NCBI GenBank assembly: GCA_963665775.2
Contig: CAXXTF010000002.1
Location: 320,001-384,000, forward strand
DNA from: Dehalococcoidia bacterium
GTDB taxonomy: Bacteria; Chloroflexota; Dehalococcoidia; SM23-28-2; RBG-16-64-32
Direction of reading: 5' to 3'
DNA length: 64,000 bases
Shown here: one piece after another, positions 21,896 to 32,313 of the stretch
How the letters are laid out: every line of letters starts with the position of its first letter
Numbering within the stretch: the first letter of the stretch is position 1
The notes under the pieces: model-generated
Database searches by the model: none
What the model saw: only the letters and a program-made list of their open reading frames with translations
Told to the model about the DNA's origin: nothing
Program-made: the position numbers and the translations under genes

Positions 21896-22906
21896 TAATC
21901 GGGCGTTCCCAGAAATCAGACTACCCTCCCCCAGCCTCCCTTTCAATCGATCTGCCGGGCTGAACAGGACGTGCGCCTGCGCCGCTTTTTCAGCGTCGTA
22001 GGTCGCCGTGTAGCGCCGTAGCATCGCCGGCGTGGAGTGGCCAAGAAGCGCCTGTACGTCAATCTCCCTCGCTTGCTGCTCGATGGCCCAGGTGGCGAAG
22101 GTGTGGCGGAAGCGATGCGGATGTACGTGATGTAGAGAGGCCTTCTGGTCCAGCCTCTGGAAGATGGTCCGCAGGGCAGTCCGGCACAGTTGTCCGCCCC
22201 GGCAGGTCAGAAATAGCGGCCCGGGGCCACCGCTTCGGAATCGTCCCAGGTAGTGCTGGATGGCCCGGCGCGCCTCATCCCCAAACCGGACCACCCGCTG
22301 TTTGTTCCCCTTCCCGTGACTGACGTGCATGCGCCCACGCTCAAAGTCGACCTCATCCAGCAGAAGGTTACACAACTCGGTCGCCCGGAGGCCGGTGTCC
22401 AGTAGGACAAGGATGAGGGCCCGGTCTCTGCCCCCTTTGTGGGTCGAGGGATCGCAGTAGGCGAGAAGGCGCAGGACATCCTCCTGGGAGAAGGGCCGAA
22501 TCACCTTCTGAGGCACCTTGATGTTCTTCACCTTGGAGAACGGGTTCGTGGCGACGTAATCGTGACGCAGGAGCCAGGAGAAGAATGCCCTGGTCTCCCG
22601 CTGCCTCCGCCACTGGGTCATGGCGGAAACGCCAGTATCGGCCACGCACCCCAGGAACTGGTAGACGTGGGCAGCAGTGAAGGAGGCTGGATCCTCGGGT
22701 AGTCTCTTCTGCCCGATGACATTCGTGAAAATACCAAGGGTCTCCCGATAAGACCGGATGGTCTCCTCCGACTTCCCCTTGATGCGACAGGAGGTGAGGT
22801 AGAGTTCGATGACCTCCGTCAGGTCCCGCTGGTGGCTGCCGTTGCCGTCGCCGTTTCTCTCTATGCTCTCCCCCACACTTAGATAAGAAGGCCGTGTTGC
22901 ATTCAT
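21890..22906 (-). CDS. XerC/D-like tyrosine recombinase (integrase), 338 aa
   Basis: TGLRATE, HGKGNK, HPHRFRH, LGH, RRY catalytic set; start taken at MNATRP. Confidence 0.92.
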   Translation of the reverse strand: MNATRPSYLSVGESIERNGDGNGSHQRDLTEVIELYLTSCRIKGKSEETIRSYRETLGIFTNVIGQKRLPEDPASFTAAHVYQFLGCVADTGVSAMTQWRRQRETRAFFSWLLRHDYVATNPFSKVKNIKVPQKVIRPFSQEDVLRLLAYCDPSTHKGGRDRALILVLLDTGLRATELCNLLLDEVDFERGRMHVSHGKGNKQRVVRFGDEARRAIQHYLGRFRSGGPGPLFLTCRGGQLCRTALRTIFQRLDQKASLHHVHPHRFRHTFATWAIEQQAREIDVQALLGHSTPAMLRRYTATYDAEKAAQAHVLFSPADRLKGRLGEGSLISGNARLA

Positions 22907-23123
22907 CACTCTGCTGCGGCGGCAAGTCAAGCGCAGGAGCGAATCGGGCGGATTGGCCCAATTCAGGCTGCCGGAGAGGGGTCGGCACACACTAGAACGA
23001 GCGAGGTGCGCACACAGGCGCGCTACCTTTTCAGCTTCGGATGTATTTTGGCCCCCCACAATCGCTCACTGCCCTTTAGCCGGATGTATGATTGTGCCAC
23101 CTATCTGTCCAAAGGAGGCTGCC

Positions 23124-23264
23124 ATGCAGGGTTACTGCCTGAAGTGCAAGGCGACCAGAGAAATGCGTGACGCAAAGGCGGTCACCCTCAAGAACGGACG
23201 GCCAGCAACCCAGGGGTCATGCCCGGTCTGTGGAGGCAAGATGTCCCGAATAGGCAAGGCGTAG
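23124..23264 (+). CDS. DUF5679-type small zinc-ribbon protein (46 aa)
   Basis: AAGGAGG RBS; MQGYCLKCK...KNGRPATQGSCPVCGGKMSRIG. Confidence 0.88.
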   Translation: MQGYCLKCKATREMRDAKAVTLKNGRPATQGSCPVCGGKMSRIGKA

Positions 23265-23383
23265 AGCCTTCCTCTAGCCGCCACACGACCCCAATCTAAT
23301 CCTGCCGGTCGTCACGGCCCATTCAGACAGTGTCGCGCTGGCTCTCCAGGCTTACGATAGCGACGGAGTATTACCCCCCACCC

Positions 23384-23412
23384 TTGACAATGCACAGCTA
23401 TATGCTTATACT
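23384..23412 (+). promoter_or_regulatory. Sigma70-type promoter, probably leaderless PadR transcript
   Basis: TTGACA-N17-TATACT, 6 nt before ATG 23419. Confidence 0.75.
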
Positions 23413-23418
23413 CGCCAC

Positions 23419-23778
23419 ATGCGAAGAAAACCGGGCGCCCTAATACCCCTTGAAATATCTATCCTAGGGGCAGGCATTGACCTGAAACTAGGTGGAGTGG
23501 AAGAGTTCCACGGGTTCGGTATCGCCAAGGAGATTAGGGATCGCAAGGGCGCGCGTTTGCTGACAGCCCATGGGACGCTGTATAGGGCCTTGGGCCGCAT
23601 GGAGAAGGCGGGCCTACTGGTCAGCCAATGGGAGGACCCGAACTTGGCCACCAGCGAGAACCGCCCGCGGCGTCGCATGTACCGCGTCACAGCGGCTGGT
23701 GAAGGGGCGCTCTCGAAGGCTCAGTCCGCGAGGCAGCGGCAGACGCTGAAGCTAGAAAGGGGACCGGTCACATCATGA
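23419..23778 (+). CDS. PadR-family transcriptional regulator
   Basis: HGFGIAKEI...GTLYRALGRMEKAGLL...RPRRRMYRVTAAG. Confidence 0.92.
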   Translation: MRRKPGALIPLEISILGAGIDLKLGGVEEFHGFGIAKEIRDRKGARLLTAHGTLYRALGRMEKAGLLVSQWEDPNLATSENRPRRRMYRVTAAGEGALSKAQSARQRQTLKLERGPVTS

Positions 23779-24407
23779 AGTCATTCACGAGCGCCTGGTC
23801 TATGAGACTCGTCCGTTGGTGGCTAAACCTCTACACCGCCGGTCTGCCTTCCGAGGTCAAATGTGAGCGACTGGCCGAGATCGAGTATGACGTCTGGGAG
23901 CATGAACGCAATGGTGAGGCAGAGGGTCAGCGCTCTGACGTGATACAGGGCGAGATATTCTTCCGGTTCCTAACGGGCATACCCGCCGACCTGCTGTGGC
24001 GGCGGGAGCAGGCAGGAGCCGAGAGACGCTCCAAAGAGGGCAACATGGTCTTAAAACAGAGTGGAAACGCGACAACGTCGATGGGTTTCATCCTCGCGGG
24101 AGTGCTTCTGGCGGCAATATATATGATCGGCGGCGTGTCGGTTTCGCTCGGATGGGCAAATAATGGTGACATACCAAGATTCTGGTGGGCGTTCATAGGC
24201 TTGCTACCAGGCGCCATGATTCTGGTGGGACTCTGGGCGAGTATGCGGTCACCACTGCTCGGCGGCATCCTGATAACGGTCGGAGCGGTGCCCCTGGCCA
24301 TTATGTTTTACTGGACCATAATCCTACCCCTCCTGGCCATGACGGTAGTGATATTTGGCGTCGTCAGAGCCATTGAGTTCGCCAGAGAACGTCGTACCCC
24401 ATCATAA
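23775..24407 (+). CDS. PadR-associated membrane protein
   Basis: ATGA overlap with PadR; WLNLYTAGLP...GIPADLLWR; several TMs. Confidence 0.8.
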   Translation: MKSFTSAWSMRLVRWWLNLYTAGLPSEVKCERLAEIEYDVWEHERNGEAEGQRSDVIQGEIFFRFLTGIPADLLWRREQAGAERRSKEGNMVLKQSGNATTSMGFILAGVLLAAIYMIGGVSVSLGWANNGDIPRFWWAFIGLLPGAMILVGLWASMRSPLLGGILITVGAVPLAIMFYWTIILPLLAMTVVIFGVVRAIEFARERRTPS

Positions 24408-24436
24408 CCTCGTCAGGAGGTCTCGCGATTAAAGGA

Positions 24437-25915
24437 ATGACCGCGGCACTCACGTGCGTCCTGCTGCTGGCGCTCGGCACGTTCGCCACCGCCTGCGGTG
24501 ACAGTGATGAACTTACACTTAAGGAGTACTTCCAGCGGGTTGAGGAGATACTTGGTGACTCCGATAACCGGGCCGAGGCGCTGGAAGGCGCGTTCCCCGG
24601 AGCCTTCGAGGAGCCCGCCGCAACTAGCGACTTTTTCAGGGCATCAGCAACCATCTTCGGCGAGGCCAACGATAAGATGGACGACATCGATGCGCCGACC
24701 GAGGTTCAAGAGGCCCATAACAAATTCGTGGCCGCCACGGTAGGTTTACTGGATGTCACAGAAAGCATCGCCGACGGGCTCGCAGATGTGGGTTTAGCCT
24801 CCGAGTTTGGAGGGCTGCTCGAGCTCAAACAGCCGGAGTTTGACGCGGCTAACGAACGGATGGAAGCCGCTTGCCGAGCGCTGCAGTCAATCGCTGACGA
24901 TAACGGCATCGCCATCGACCTGGGGAGCGTCGATCGGGACTGTGATGCCCTGCAAGTCGACGCCTCAGGAGCACCTGTCCCACTAGAGACCCCAGCGCCC
25001 CCGGTAGTCAGGCGAACACCGCCGCCTCAGCTCCTCATCGTTGGCAACCAGATACAGAACACTTATGGAGAGCGTGTGGTGTTGCGTGGGGTGGCCATTG
25101 ACCAGCCAACTCTCCTGGCTAATTCCCCGAGGGTGGGGCACTTCGCCGCTGAAGACTACCGTGTCCTGGCTGATGACTGGGGCGCCAACATTATCAGGGT
25201 ACCAGTTTATCCGCGTTCCTGGACATCGGACCCGCTGTACATGGAGAAGTATCTTGATCCTCTTGTCCAGTGGGGAGGGGAGTCCGGCATCTACATCTTC
25301 CTGGGCTGGCGCGCCCACGGCAACCCAGTGACTGGCCAGGAGGAGAAGCCTTATCTCAGTCCCGACCTGGAGCTAGCAGAGTCGGCCCTCACGGCCATGG
25401 CCGAACGATATCGGGACAAACCGTGGGTGCTCTACGGCACATTCAACGAGCCGACCTATATCTCTTGGTCAGAATGGAGGCCAGTAGCGGAACGGCTGGT
25501 TGATACCGTCCACGAGGTCAACCCCGAGGTTGTGGTCTTTGTCTCCGGTGTTGATTGGGGCTACGACCTCAAAGGGGCCATCAAAGACCCCGTACGCCGA
25601 AATAACATCATCTATGAGACGCATCCGTACCCCGGCAAGGGCGAAGGATGGAAGGGTGTACTGGACGAACTCAGAAAGACCACCCCTGTCTTCCTCGGCG
25701 AATGGGGATTTGAACCTGGCGCCGAAGATAGAAACCTTCGCGGAACCGCCGAGAAGTACGGAGACCCCTTGCTCCAATATGCAAAGGAACGCAACATCGG
25801 CTGGACGGCCTGGCAGTGGCGCCTCCGCTATTCCGAGCTTGGCATGCTGGAGTCCTGGGATGGCTACAAACCGACCGAATGGGGGCTCTTTATCAAAGAA
25901 GGCTTGTCTCAGTAG
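24437..25915 (+). CDS. Lipoprotein with C-terminal GH5 glycoside hydrolase domain
   Basis: Lipobox ATAC; WGANIIRVP, FNEP, ETHPY, FLGEWG, GWTAW. Confidence 0.88.
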   Translation: MTAALTCVLLLALGTFATACGDSDELTLKEYFQRVEEILGDSDNRAEALEGAFPGAFEEPAATSDFFRASATIFGEANDKMDDIDAPTEVQEAHNKFVAATVGLLDVTESIADGLADVGLASEFGGLLELKQPEFDAANERMEAACRALQSIADDNGIAIDLGSVDRDCDALQVDASGAPVPLETPAPPVVRRTPPPQLLIVGNQIQNTYGERVVLRGVAIDQPTLLANSPRVGHFAAEDYRVLADDWGANIIRVPVYPRSWTSDPLYMEKYLDPLVQWGGESGIYIFLGWRAHGNPVTGQEEKPYLSPDLELAESALTAMAERYRDKPWVLYGTFNEPTYISWSEWRPVAERLVDTVHEVNPEVVVFVSGVDWGYDLKGAIKDPVRRNNIIYETHPYPGKGEGWKGVLDELRKTTPVFLGEWGFEPGAEDRNLRGTAEKYGDPLLQYAKERNIGWTAWQWRLRYSELGMLESWDGYKPTEWGLFIKEGLSQ

Positions 25916-26019
25916 AAACCTACAAAGGGTTGTAAATGGCCATCAAACGCGCACTATGGCTGAATAGTGATCCGAGATGTGAATCGAGCTAAAGCTGGCT
26001 CCTGCTATATACTTCCGGC

Positions 26020-26475
26020 ATGATGTCGGAAGCCGAACACCGCTTGCGGATCGCCATCGACACCAATGTTCTCGTCGCGGCCTTAACTAACTCGGGCGGG
26101 GCCGCAGCGCGGGTCGTCGACGGCTGGGTGGAAGATCGGCTGGATGTCGTCTCCTCAGAGGCCACCCTCCGCGAAGCCAAACTCATTCTTGATTCGCAGT
26201 GGCTGAGACGGATCGTACCGCGCGGCAGGATAGACGCGCTTCTCGAGATGCTCTGGACGCGGTCGATACGGGTGAGTGGAGATCCAATCGAGGGGCTACC
26301 CCTCAAAGACGAAGGCGACCGGAAACTCGTGGAGGCGGCTATACAGGGCAGCGCCTCTTATCTTATTACGGCTGATGCAGAGCTGTTGAAGTATCGAGGC
26401 TACCGGGCGGCAGAGTTCATTAAGCCAACCGAGTTCCTGAAGCTATTCCAATTAGACGTGGCGCGTGAACCTTGA
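26020..26475 (+). CDS. PIN-domain protein (putative toxin)
   Basis: IAIDTNVLVAA...DEGDRKLVEAA...LITADAELL. Confidence 0.88.
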   Translation: MMSEAEHRLRIAIDTNVLVAALTNSGGAAARVVDGWVEDRLDVVSSEATLREAKLILDSQWLRRIVPRGRIDALLEMLWTRSIRVSGDPIEGLPLKDEGDRKLVEAAIQGSASYLITADAELLKYRGYRAAEFIKPTEFLKLFQLDVAREP

Positions 26476-27506
26476 GCAAGGTATCTCGGTTCGAGCGGCT
26501 AAAGAGTAGCCTCGGCAGCCTCCTGCTATCGGCCCTCGCCTTCGTGGCGCTTGTGGCTACAGCCTGCGGTAGTAACGGCACCGTCTCGACCCCGACCCCG
26601 TCGCTCAGCGCCACGCCCGCCACACCGGCGCAGGGCACTTGGCGGGAGTTGGCGCCGATGCCGACGCCGCGGTCTGAGGTGGCGGTCGCTGAGCTGGACG
26701 GTCTGCTCTATGTCGTCGGCGGATTAAACCAGGTTGGTGCTCCGACCGCCACGGTAGAAGTCTACGATCCGGCTACGGACACATGGATGGCGGTAATGCT
26801 ACTCCCGCGCCCTCGTCACCACGCGGCTGCAGCTGGATTTGGCGGCAGGCTCTACGTGATCGGTGGGTTCGAGCAGAGCTTTAGCGACCCCCAGGCGACG
26901 CTGTTCGTGTACGATCCGGCTTCCGACTTCTGGAATGAGAAGGCTCCTATGCCGACCGCCCGAGCCGCCCTCGTCGCCGCCCAGATCAACGGCCGGATCT
27001 ACGCTATCGGTGGCGTCGCTGTTTCCGGAGGCGCTAACTCGGATGCCGTCGAGGTCTACGACCCGGCTTCGGACACATGGATGGCGGCAGCGCCACTCCC
27101 GACGGCGCGGGATCACCTAGCAGTGGGCGTTGTGGATGGCAAGATCTATGTAGTAGGGGGCCGCGCCTCACTCGACTTCAACCGCAACCTAGGCCAGAAC
27201 GAGGAGTACGACCCGACGACGGATCTCTGGATCGAAAGAACGCCGCTTCCGACTGCCCGCAGCGGGATAGCAGCAGCGGTCGTGGACGGGCGCCTATATG
27301 TGGTCGGCGGTGAGGGCTCCCAGGGAACTTTTGACGAGAACGAGGCGTACGATCCAGCTACTGACTCATGGGAGGCGCTATCGCCGCTCCCGACGGCACG
27401 GCACGGGATGGGGGCGACCACTGTCGACGGCACCATGTACGTGCCAGGCGGCGGGCCCACGGCCGGCCTCTCGGTTACTGGTGCGAATGAGGCGTTCACG
27501 CCGTAA
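26472..27506 (+). CDS. Kelch-repeat lipoprotein
   Basis: Six LY(V/A)xGG...YDP..D.W repeats; lipobox ATAC. Confidence 0.92.
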   Translation: MSKVSRFERLKSSLGSLLLSALAFVALVATACGSNGTVSTPTPSLSATPATPAQGTWRELAPMPTPRSEVAVAELDGLLYVVGGLNQVGAPTATVEVYDPATDTWMAVMLLPRPRHHAAAAGFGGRLYVIGGFEQSFSDPQATLFVYDPASDFWNEKAPMPTARAALVAAQINGRIYAIGGVAVSGGANSDAVEVYDPASDTWMAAAPLPTARDHLAVGVVDGKIYVVGGRASLDFNRNLGQNEEYDPTTDLWIERTPLPTARSGIAAAVVDGRLYVVGGEGSQGTFDENEAYDPATDSWEALSPLPTARHGMGATTVDGTMYVPGGGPTAGLSVTGANEAFTP

Positions 27507-27609
27507 GCCTACGGTCTACACTAAGTTCCCATCGTGTTTGCCGCGGTAAGTGATATTGACGTTGTGAAGATTCGCCTGTTTAATTCATAAGGAGGAAGGA
27601 GGTCTCGTC

Positions 27610-27903
27610 ATGTTCGCGCAGTCAGTGAGAGTGCAGATTCAGCCTGGTAAGCTGGACGACGCGGTTCGCATCTTCACCGAATCCGTGCTGCCTGCTGCCA
27701 GGCAGCAACCGGGCTTCAAGGATGGCTACTTTCTGGTCGACCGGGAGAACAACAGAGCGATAGGATTAGCCCTCTACGAGACCAAGGCCGACGTAGAGGC
27801 GCTCGTGAACAGCGGCTTCTACCAGGAGAACGTTGCCAAGTTCGCCGCCGTCTTCGCGGGGCCGCCCGAGCGCGAGGTGTACGAGGTCGCGGCTCAGGCA
27901 TAG
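27610..27903 (+). CDS. ABM-like dimeric alpha/beta barrel protein
   Basis: Strong RBS; IQPGKLD...QPGFKDGYFLVD...PEREVYEV. Confidence 0.8.
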   Translation: MFAQSVRVQIQPGKLDDAVRIFTESVLPAARQQPGFKDGYFLVDRENNRAIGLALYETKADVEALVNSGFYQENVAKFAAVFAGPPEREVYEVAAQA

Positions 27904-27940
27904 GTCATGAGCCACGTGCGGAGGCAGGATCCGCGAGACT

Positions 27941-28098
27941 CAGGCGATCGAGAACGGTGTCCCGATCTACGTCTGAGGGGGCTGCTCGACTGCCCGTGGG
28001 GTGGTCGAGCCGACCTCCAGGGAAAGAACGCTAAGTTGACCAACCCTCAAGAGTCTGCCGACCTGGTCGCCGCGGCCGACCGGGTGGTTTCAACCTAG
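27941..28098 (+). pseudogene. DsrE-like selenoprotein remnant (UGA in UxxC), 5'-truncated, one frameshift
   Basis: QAIENGVPIYV-TGA-GGCSTARGVVE / DLQGKNAKLTNP...LVAAADRVVST*; hairpin 27985..28009. Confidence 0.65.
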
Positions 28099-28475
28099 GC
28101 CGCGGCCGAGCGAGGGGCCGCGCGCCTCGACTTTGCGGTTTTTTTGCGACCACTATTTGCAGGCGATCTAGCGCATAAGGGAATGCCTGCCCAACACTAT
28201 GTGTCGATAGTGTGCACGGCGGTTGGACTGCGGATTGCAGCATCAGGTGCGACCATGTCGCCTCCAAGCCCCTTCGCTTGTGTCTTGCTCAAGACCGGGG
28301 CCCACGCTACTGAGACACGGATTGGGCGACGGTGTCCTACAGATCGGGACTGCTCCCGCACGTTGGATGAAGATTAGGCTAGTAAGTTAGGGAAGCGTAA
28401 ACATATAATTAGAGACAAACCATAGCTACAGAGGGCGGCCCTTAAGGCTGACCAAAAGGTTAGAGGGAGTGTGGC

Positions 28476-30767
28476 GTGACGACGATAACCGAAGCCAAGG
28501 GACTAAGTGAATTCAGTGTAGTAGGCACCCGGCCTATCCGCCACGATGGCGTGGACAAGGTGACGGGCAAGGCCAGGTTCGCGGCAGATATCCATTTGCC
28601 TGGCATGCTTTTCGGAAAGATGCTGCGCAGTCCCCATGCCCACGCCCGGATTCGCTCCATCAACACCAGCAGGGCGGAGGCCCTGCCTGGAGTGAAAGCG
28701 GTAGCGACAGCCCAGGACTTCCCAATCATCGAGAATCGAGTTCTGGACGTCTCGGAGACCCAGCAGAACGTCCGGATGCTGGCCGAGAACGTTTTGGCCC
28801 ATAGCAAAGTGCTGTACAAAGGGCATGCGGTGGCTGCGGTGGCGGCCACAGACCCCTACATTGCCGAGGAGGCCATTAACCTCCTCGAAGTCGACTACGA
28901 GGTGCTCCCCAGCGCTCTGACACTGCAGGACGCCATGAAGCCGGATGCACCCCTGCTCTATGACGAGATGACGACAAGGTTTCGAATCGAGCGGTTTGGG
29001 CGCGGGGAGGACACTGGTGTCAAGAGCAACATTGCTGCCCACATCCAATTCAAGCGGGGCGACCTGGAGCAGGGATTTAAGGAAGCCGATGTGATCGTCG
29101 AGCGGGAGTTCACCACTCAGACTGTTCACCAAGGCTACATAGAGCCCCATGCCTCGACAGCCGACTGGGCGCCCGACGGCCACCTCACGATCTGGACCAG
29201 CACCCAGAGCAGTTTCGGCATTCGGGACGCCACGGCTGCCATTCTGGACATCCCCGAATCGAGCGTGAAGGTCATTCCGATGGAGATCGGCGGTGGCTTT
29301 GGCGGCAAGCTCATTACGTACCTGGACCCTGTAGCTGCGATTCTATCAAGAAAGAGTGGACGTCCCGTTAAGATCGCCATGAGCCGAAAAGAGGTCTTCG
29401 AAGGTTCCGGCCCAACATCCGCCGCCCACCTGCGATGCAAGATCGGTGCTACCAGGGAGGGGCGCATCACGGCGGCGCAGCTCTATCTGGCCTACGAAGC
29501 GGGGGCTTTCCCGGGATCGCCGGTCGGCAGTGGGGCTCTGGCAGGCCTCGGGCCTTACAAGCTAGACAATATGCTGGTGGACGGCTACGACGTCGTTTGC
29601 AACAAGCAGAAGGTGCAGGCCTATCGGGCACCGGGGATGCCCCATGGTTGCTTGGCCGTGGAGAGCGTCATCGATGAGCTAGCGGATAAGCTGGGGATGG
29701 ACTCACTGGACTTTCGGCTTAAGAACGTAGTCCATGAGGGGGACCGGATGCCTACCAATGTGGCATACCCCCGTATCGGCTGCGAGGAGTTAGAGATGGC
29801 GATGAAGGCTCACCCACACTACACTGCCCCTCTGGAAGGACCCAACCGGGGCCGTGGGGTGGCCGTGGGCTTCAGGCAAAACGGCGGTGGTGCTACCTCA
29901 GTCACCATGAACCTCAACAAAGACGGTACGGTCAGCCTCGTGAGCGGCGCCGTGGACATCGGTGGCAGCCGGGTCACTACGGCGATGGCCGCCGCCGAGG
30001 TCCTGGGGTTGCGGGCCGAGGACGTGATACCCAGCGTTGCCGACACCGACTCGGTGGGCAGGGCCGGGGTTACGGGGGGCAGCCGGGTCACCTTCGACAA
30101 TACCTGGGCAGCCACCCTCGCCGCTGAGGAGGTCGCAAGACAGGTGCAGGGACGGGCGGCCCTCTTCTGGGAGGTGCAGCCGGGCGATGTGGAGTTTAGG
30201 GGCAGCGTCTTCACCTGCACCAAGGATCCAGAGAAGCGAATGACCTTCAAGGAGGTGGCCGCTAACCTCATGAGCACAGGCGGTCCCATCACCTGCTCTA
30301 CCGTCAACAGGGAGACGGGTGTCGGCCCCACCTTCGGCGGCATGATCGTGGACGTAGAGGTTGATCCGGAGACTGGGAAGGTTCAGATCCTGCGCTGCAC
30401 CAGCTTCATGGATGTTGGCCAAGCTATTCATCCCAGCTATGCTGAGGGGCAACTCCAGGGCGGCGTCGTGCAGGGTATTGGCTGGGCACTCTGGGAGGAG
30501 TACTTCTACTCGCAGGATGGCACCATGCTCAACTCGAGTTTCCTGGACTACCGGATGCCCACAAGCTGGGATGTCCCTATGATCGATACGGTTTTGGTGG
30601 AGGTGCCTCACCATCGCCACCCCCTAGGGGTACGGGGAGTGGGCGAGATACCGATCGTAATGCCGCCAGCCGCAGTCGCGAATGCCGTTTCCGATGCCAT
30701 TGGCGTTCGCATGACGGCACTGCCCATGAATCCCGGTGCAGTATTACAGGCAATGGAGGACAGGTAA
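28476..30767 (+). CDS. Xanthine dehydrogenase-family molybdopterin-binding (large) subunit
   Basis: DKVTGKARF, HQGYIEPH, GGGFGGK, AYRAPG, GQLQGG, GVGE. Confidence 0.95.
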   Translation: MTTITEAKGLSEFSVVGTRPIRHDGVDKVTGKARFAADIHLPGMLFGKMLRSPHAHARIRSINTSRAEALPGVKAVATAQDFPIIENRVLDVSETQQNVRMLAENVLAHSKVLYKGHAVAAVAATDPYIAEEAINLLEVDYEVLPSALTLQDAMKPDAPLLYDEMTTRFRIERFGRGEDTGVKSNIAAHIQFKRGDLEQGFKEADVIVEREFTTQTVHQGYIEPHASTADWAPDGHLTIWTSTQSSFGIRDATAAILDIPESSVKVIPMEIGGGFGGKLITYLDPVAAILSRKSGRPVKIAMSRKEVFEGSGPTSAAHLRCKIGATREGRITAAQLYLAYEAGAFPGSPVGSGALAGLGPYKLDNMLVDGYDVVCNKQKVQAYRAPGMPHGCLAVESVIDELADKLGMDSLDFRLKNVVHEGDRMPTNVAYPRIGCEELEMAMKAHPHYTAPLEGPNRGRGVAVGFRQNGGGATSVTMNLNKDGTVSLVSGAVDIGGSRVTTAMAAAEVLGLRAEDVIPSVADTDSVGRAGVTGGSRVTFDNTWAATLAAEEVARQVQGRAALFWEVQPGDVEFRGSVFTCTKDPEKRMTFKEVAANLMSTGGPITCSTVNRETGVGPTFGGMIVDVEVDPETGKVQILRCTSFMDVGQAIHPSYAEGQLQGGVVQGIGWALWEEYFYSQDGTMLNSSFLDYRMPTSWDVPMIDTVLVEVPHHRHPLGVRGVGEIPIVMPPAAVANAVSDAIGVRMTALPMNPGAVLQAMEDR

Positions 30768-30769
30768 CC

Positions 30770-31716
30770 GGTTCTGTCAGAACTCAGGGCGCCAATGCCG
30801 CGGAGATGAATCTCGGTTCGAAATCCGAACCGATTACGCCGCTGCCATCTCCGCCGTCAACGCTTTCTATCTCTCTAGGAAGACTCGACGTCTCTCTGGC
30901 AACGACACCTGCTTGCCAATGGGCGGGCGGATGCGCAAGTACTGACGCAACTCTTCGAACGCCGAGCAGAAGCGCTTCGCCGACTCCATTCGCTTGAACC
31001 CCAGCATGGGGTAGTAGCGCTGTTTTATGGCCCGATGGTCCTGCTCGATACGATTGTTCAGGTACCGGCTCTGCCGGTGCAAGACCTTCCGTCCCAGTAT
31101 CCAGCGGATCGCCTTTCCGTAGGCCGGATGCTGATCGGTGGTGAGGCGCAACGGCTTGTGGGTCGTGACGTCGGCCAGCCGCCGTAGAAAGAGACGGGCA
31201 GCCGCTCTATCCCTTCGCTCACTCAGCATCGAGTCCAGGAGATTGCCGTCCGGGTCAATGGCGCGGTACAGGTAACGCCAACGACCGCTGACCTTCACGT
31301 AGGTCTCATCTAGATACCAGGAGAGACCTCTTGTCTGGCCGCGCCGCCGGGTACGCAGTTGTTCGCCCAGAAGAGGAGCAAACCGGAACTCCCAGGCCCG
31401 TACCGTCTCGTGCGTGACCTCGTAGCCTCGCTGAAGGAGCAGTTCGGCGACATCGCGGAACCCGAGCTTGTAGCGCAGCCGCCAGAGGACCGCCAACAGG
31501 ACGATGTCGGTGGGGAACTGGAGCTCGTTGTATGGCGTGCCGGTGCGCTCGTTAAAGCGACGGTGGCAAGACCTACACGAGAACCTATGGTAGCCCAGGG
31601 TGGAGCGGTGCTTCCGTTTGCTGGTTGCTGTGGATCGGCAATGCGGGCAGTTCATGGGTAGCTCCTCTCCTACATTGAGACAAGCTTACCCCCGCGCCCT
31701 GAGTTCTGACAGAACC
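30770..31716 (-). mobile_element. IS6-family element, 947 bp, late nonsense codon
   Basis: Both IRs; transposase 31655..30867 is 11 aa shorter than sister copies (W to TAG). Confidence 0.93.
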
Positions 31717-31804
31717 AAAAAAGTACTCCGCTTCTAAGGGCGCCCTAAAAGGACTCCGCACGGTGATATACTGAGTGGAGAGTCCGGCCGAACTGGAGGG
31801 TGTC

Positions 31805-31972
31805 ATGTTCAAGCCGATCGTGCGGCTGTTCCGAACGGTGATCGGGCACAGGCCTGACCTTAAGGAAAACCCAGAAGAGTATCACAGGGTCTTGGAGCAC
31901 CGGAGGAAGGCGGAGAGCTCGATGGACAGGGTCATGGCGGAGATTCGCGTCCGTCGCGGCCGCTTCTTCTAG
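31805..31972 (+). CDS. Small hypothetical protein (55 aa)
   Basis: GGAGG RBS and upstream TATACT; no family recognised. Confidence 0.5.
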   Translation: MFKPIVRLFRTVIGHRPDLKENPEEYHRVLEHRRKAESSMDRVMAEIRVRRGRFF

Positions 31973-32149
31973 CGCGCTCTTATTCACCCCCAGTTGGCAT
32001 TTCTCTGGCACTCCCCCTGCTTTGCGTAGCAAGCATGGTGCATGGGGATTTCGCTTCTTCTTTCTCTTACCGTTTCCTGGCCATCCTGTCGCCTGCCCGG
32101 CTAGGCCGCAATGGGTCGACGGGAACCCACGACGGAGTCCGTCAGCCTA

Positions 32150-32229
32150 CCGTAGACCTCCTCTTCCATCTGGCCAGCAACGCTGGCCAGGTGTTTAGCC
32201 GGGATGAGCTGACGGACGCGGTCTGCTAG
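32150..32229 (+). pseudogene. OmpR-type winged-helix fragment
   Basis: DLLFHLASNAGQVFSRDELTDAV. Confidence 0.55.
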
Positions 32230-32313
32230 ACTGACTCCTAGAGTCTTTGAGGCGGATAAGATAGCGCCAGCGCTGGCTATCAGACCAGAGCCGGCTAATA
32301 GAAGGAGCGTGGC

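Noticed and set aside
28476-30767. Aerobic CO dehydrogenase CoxL
   Set aside because: AYRAPG rather than AYxCSFR, and no coxM/coxS nearby
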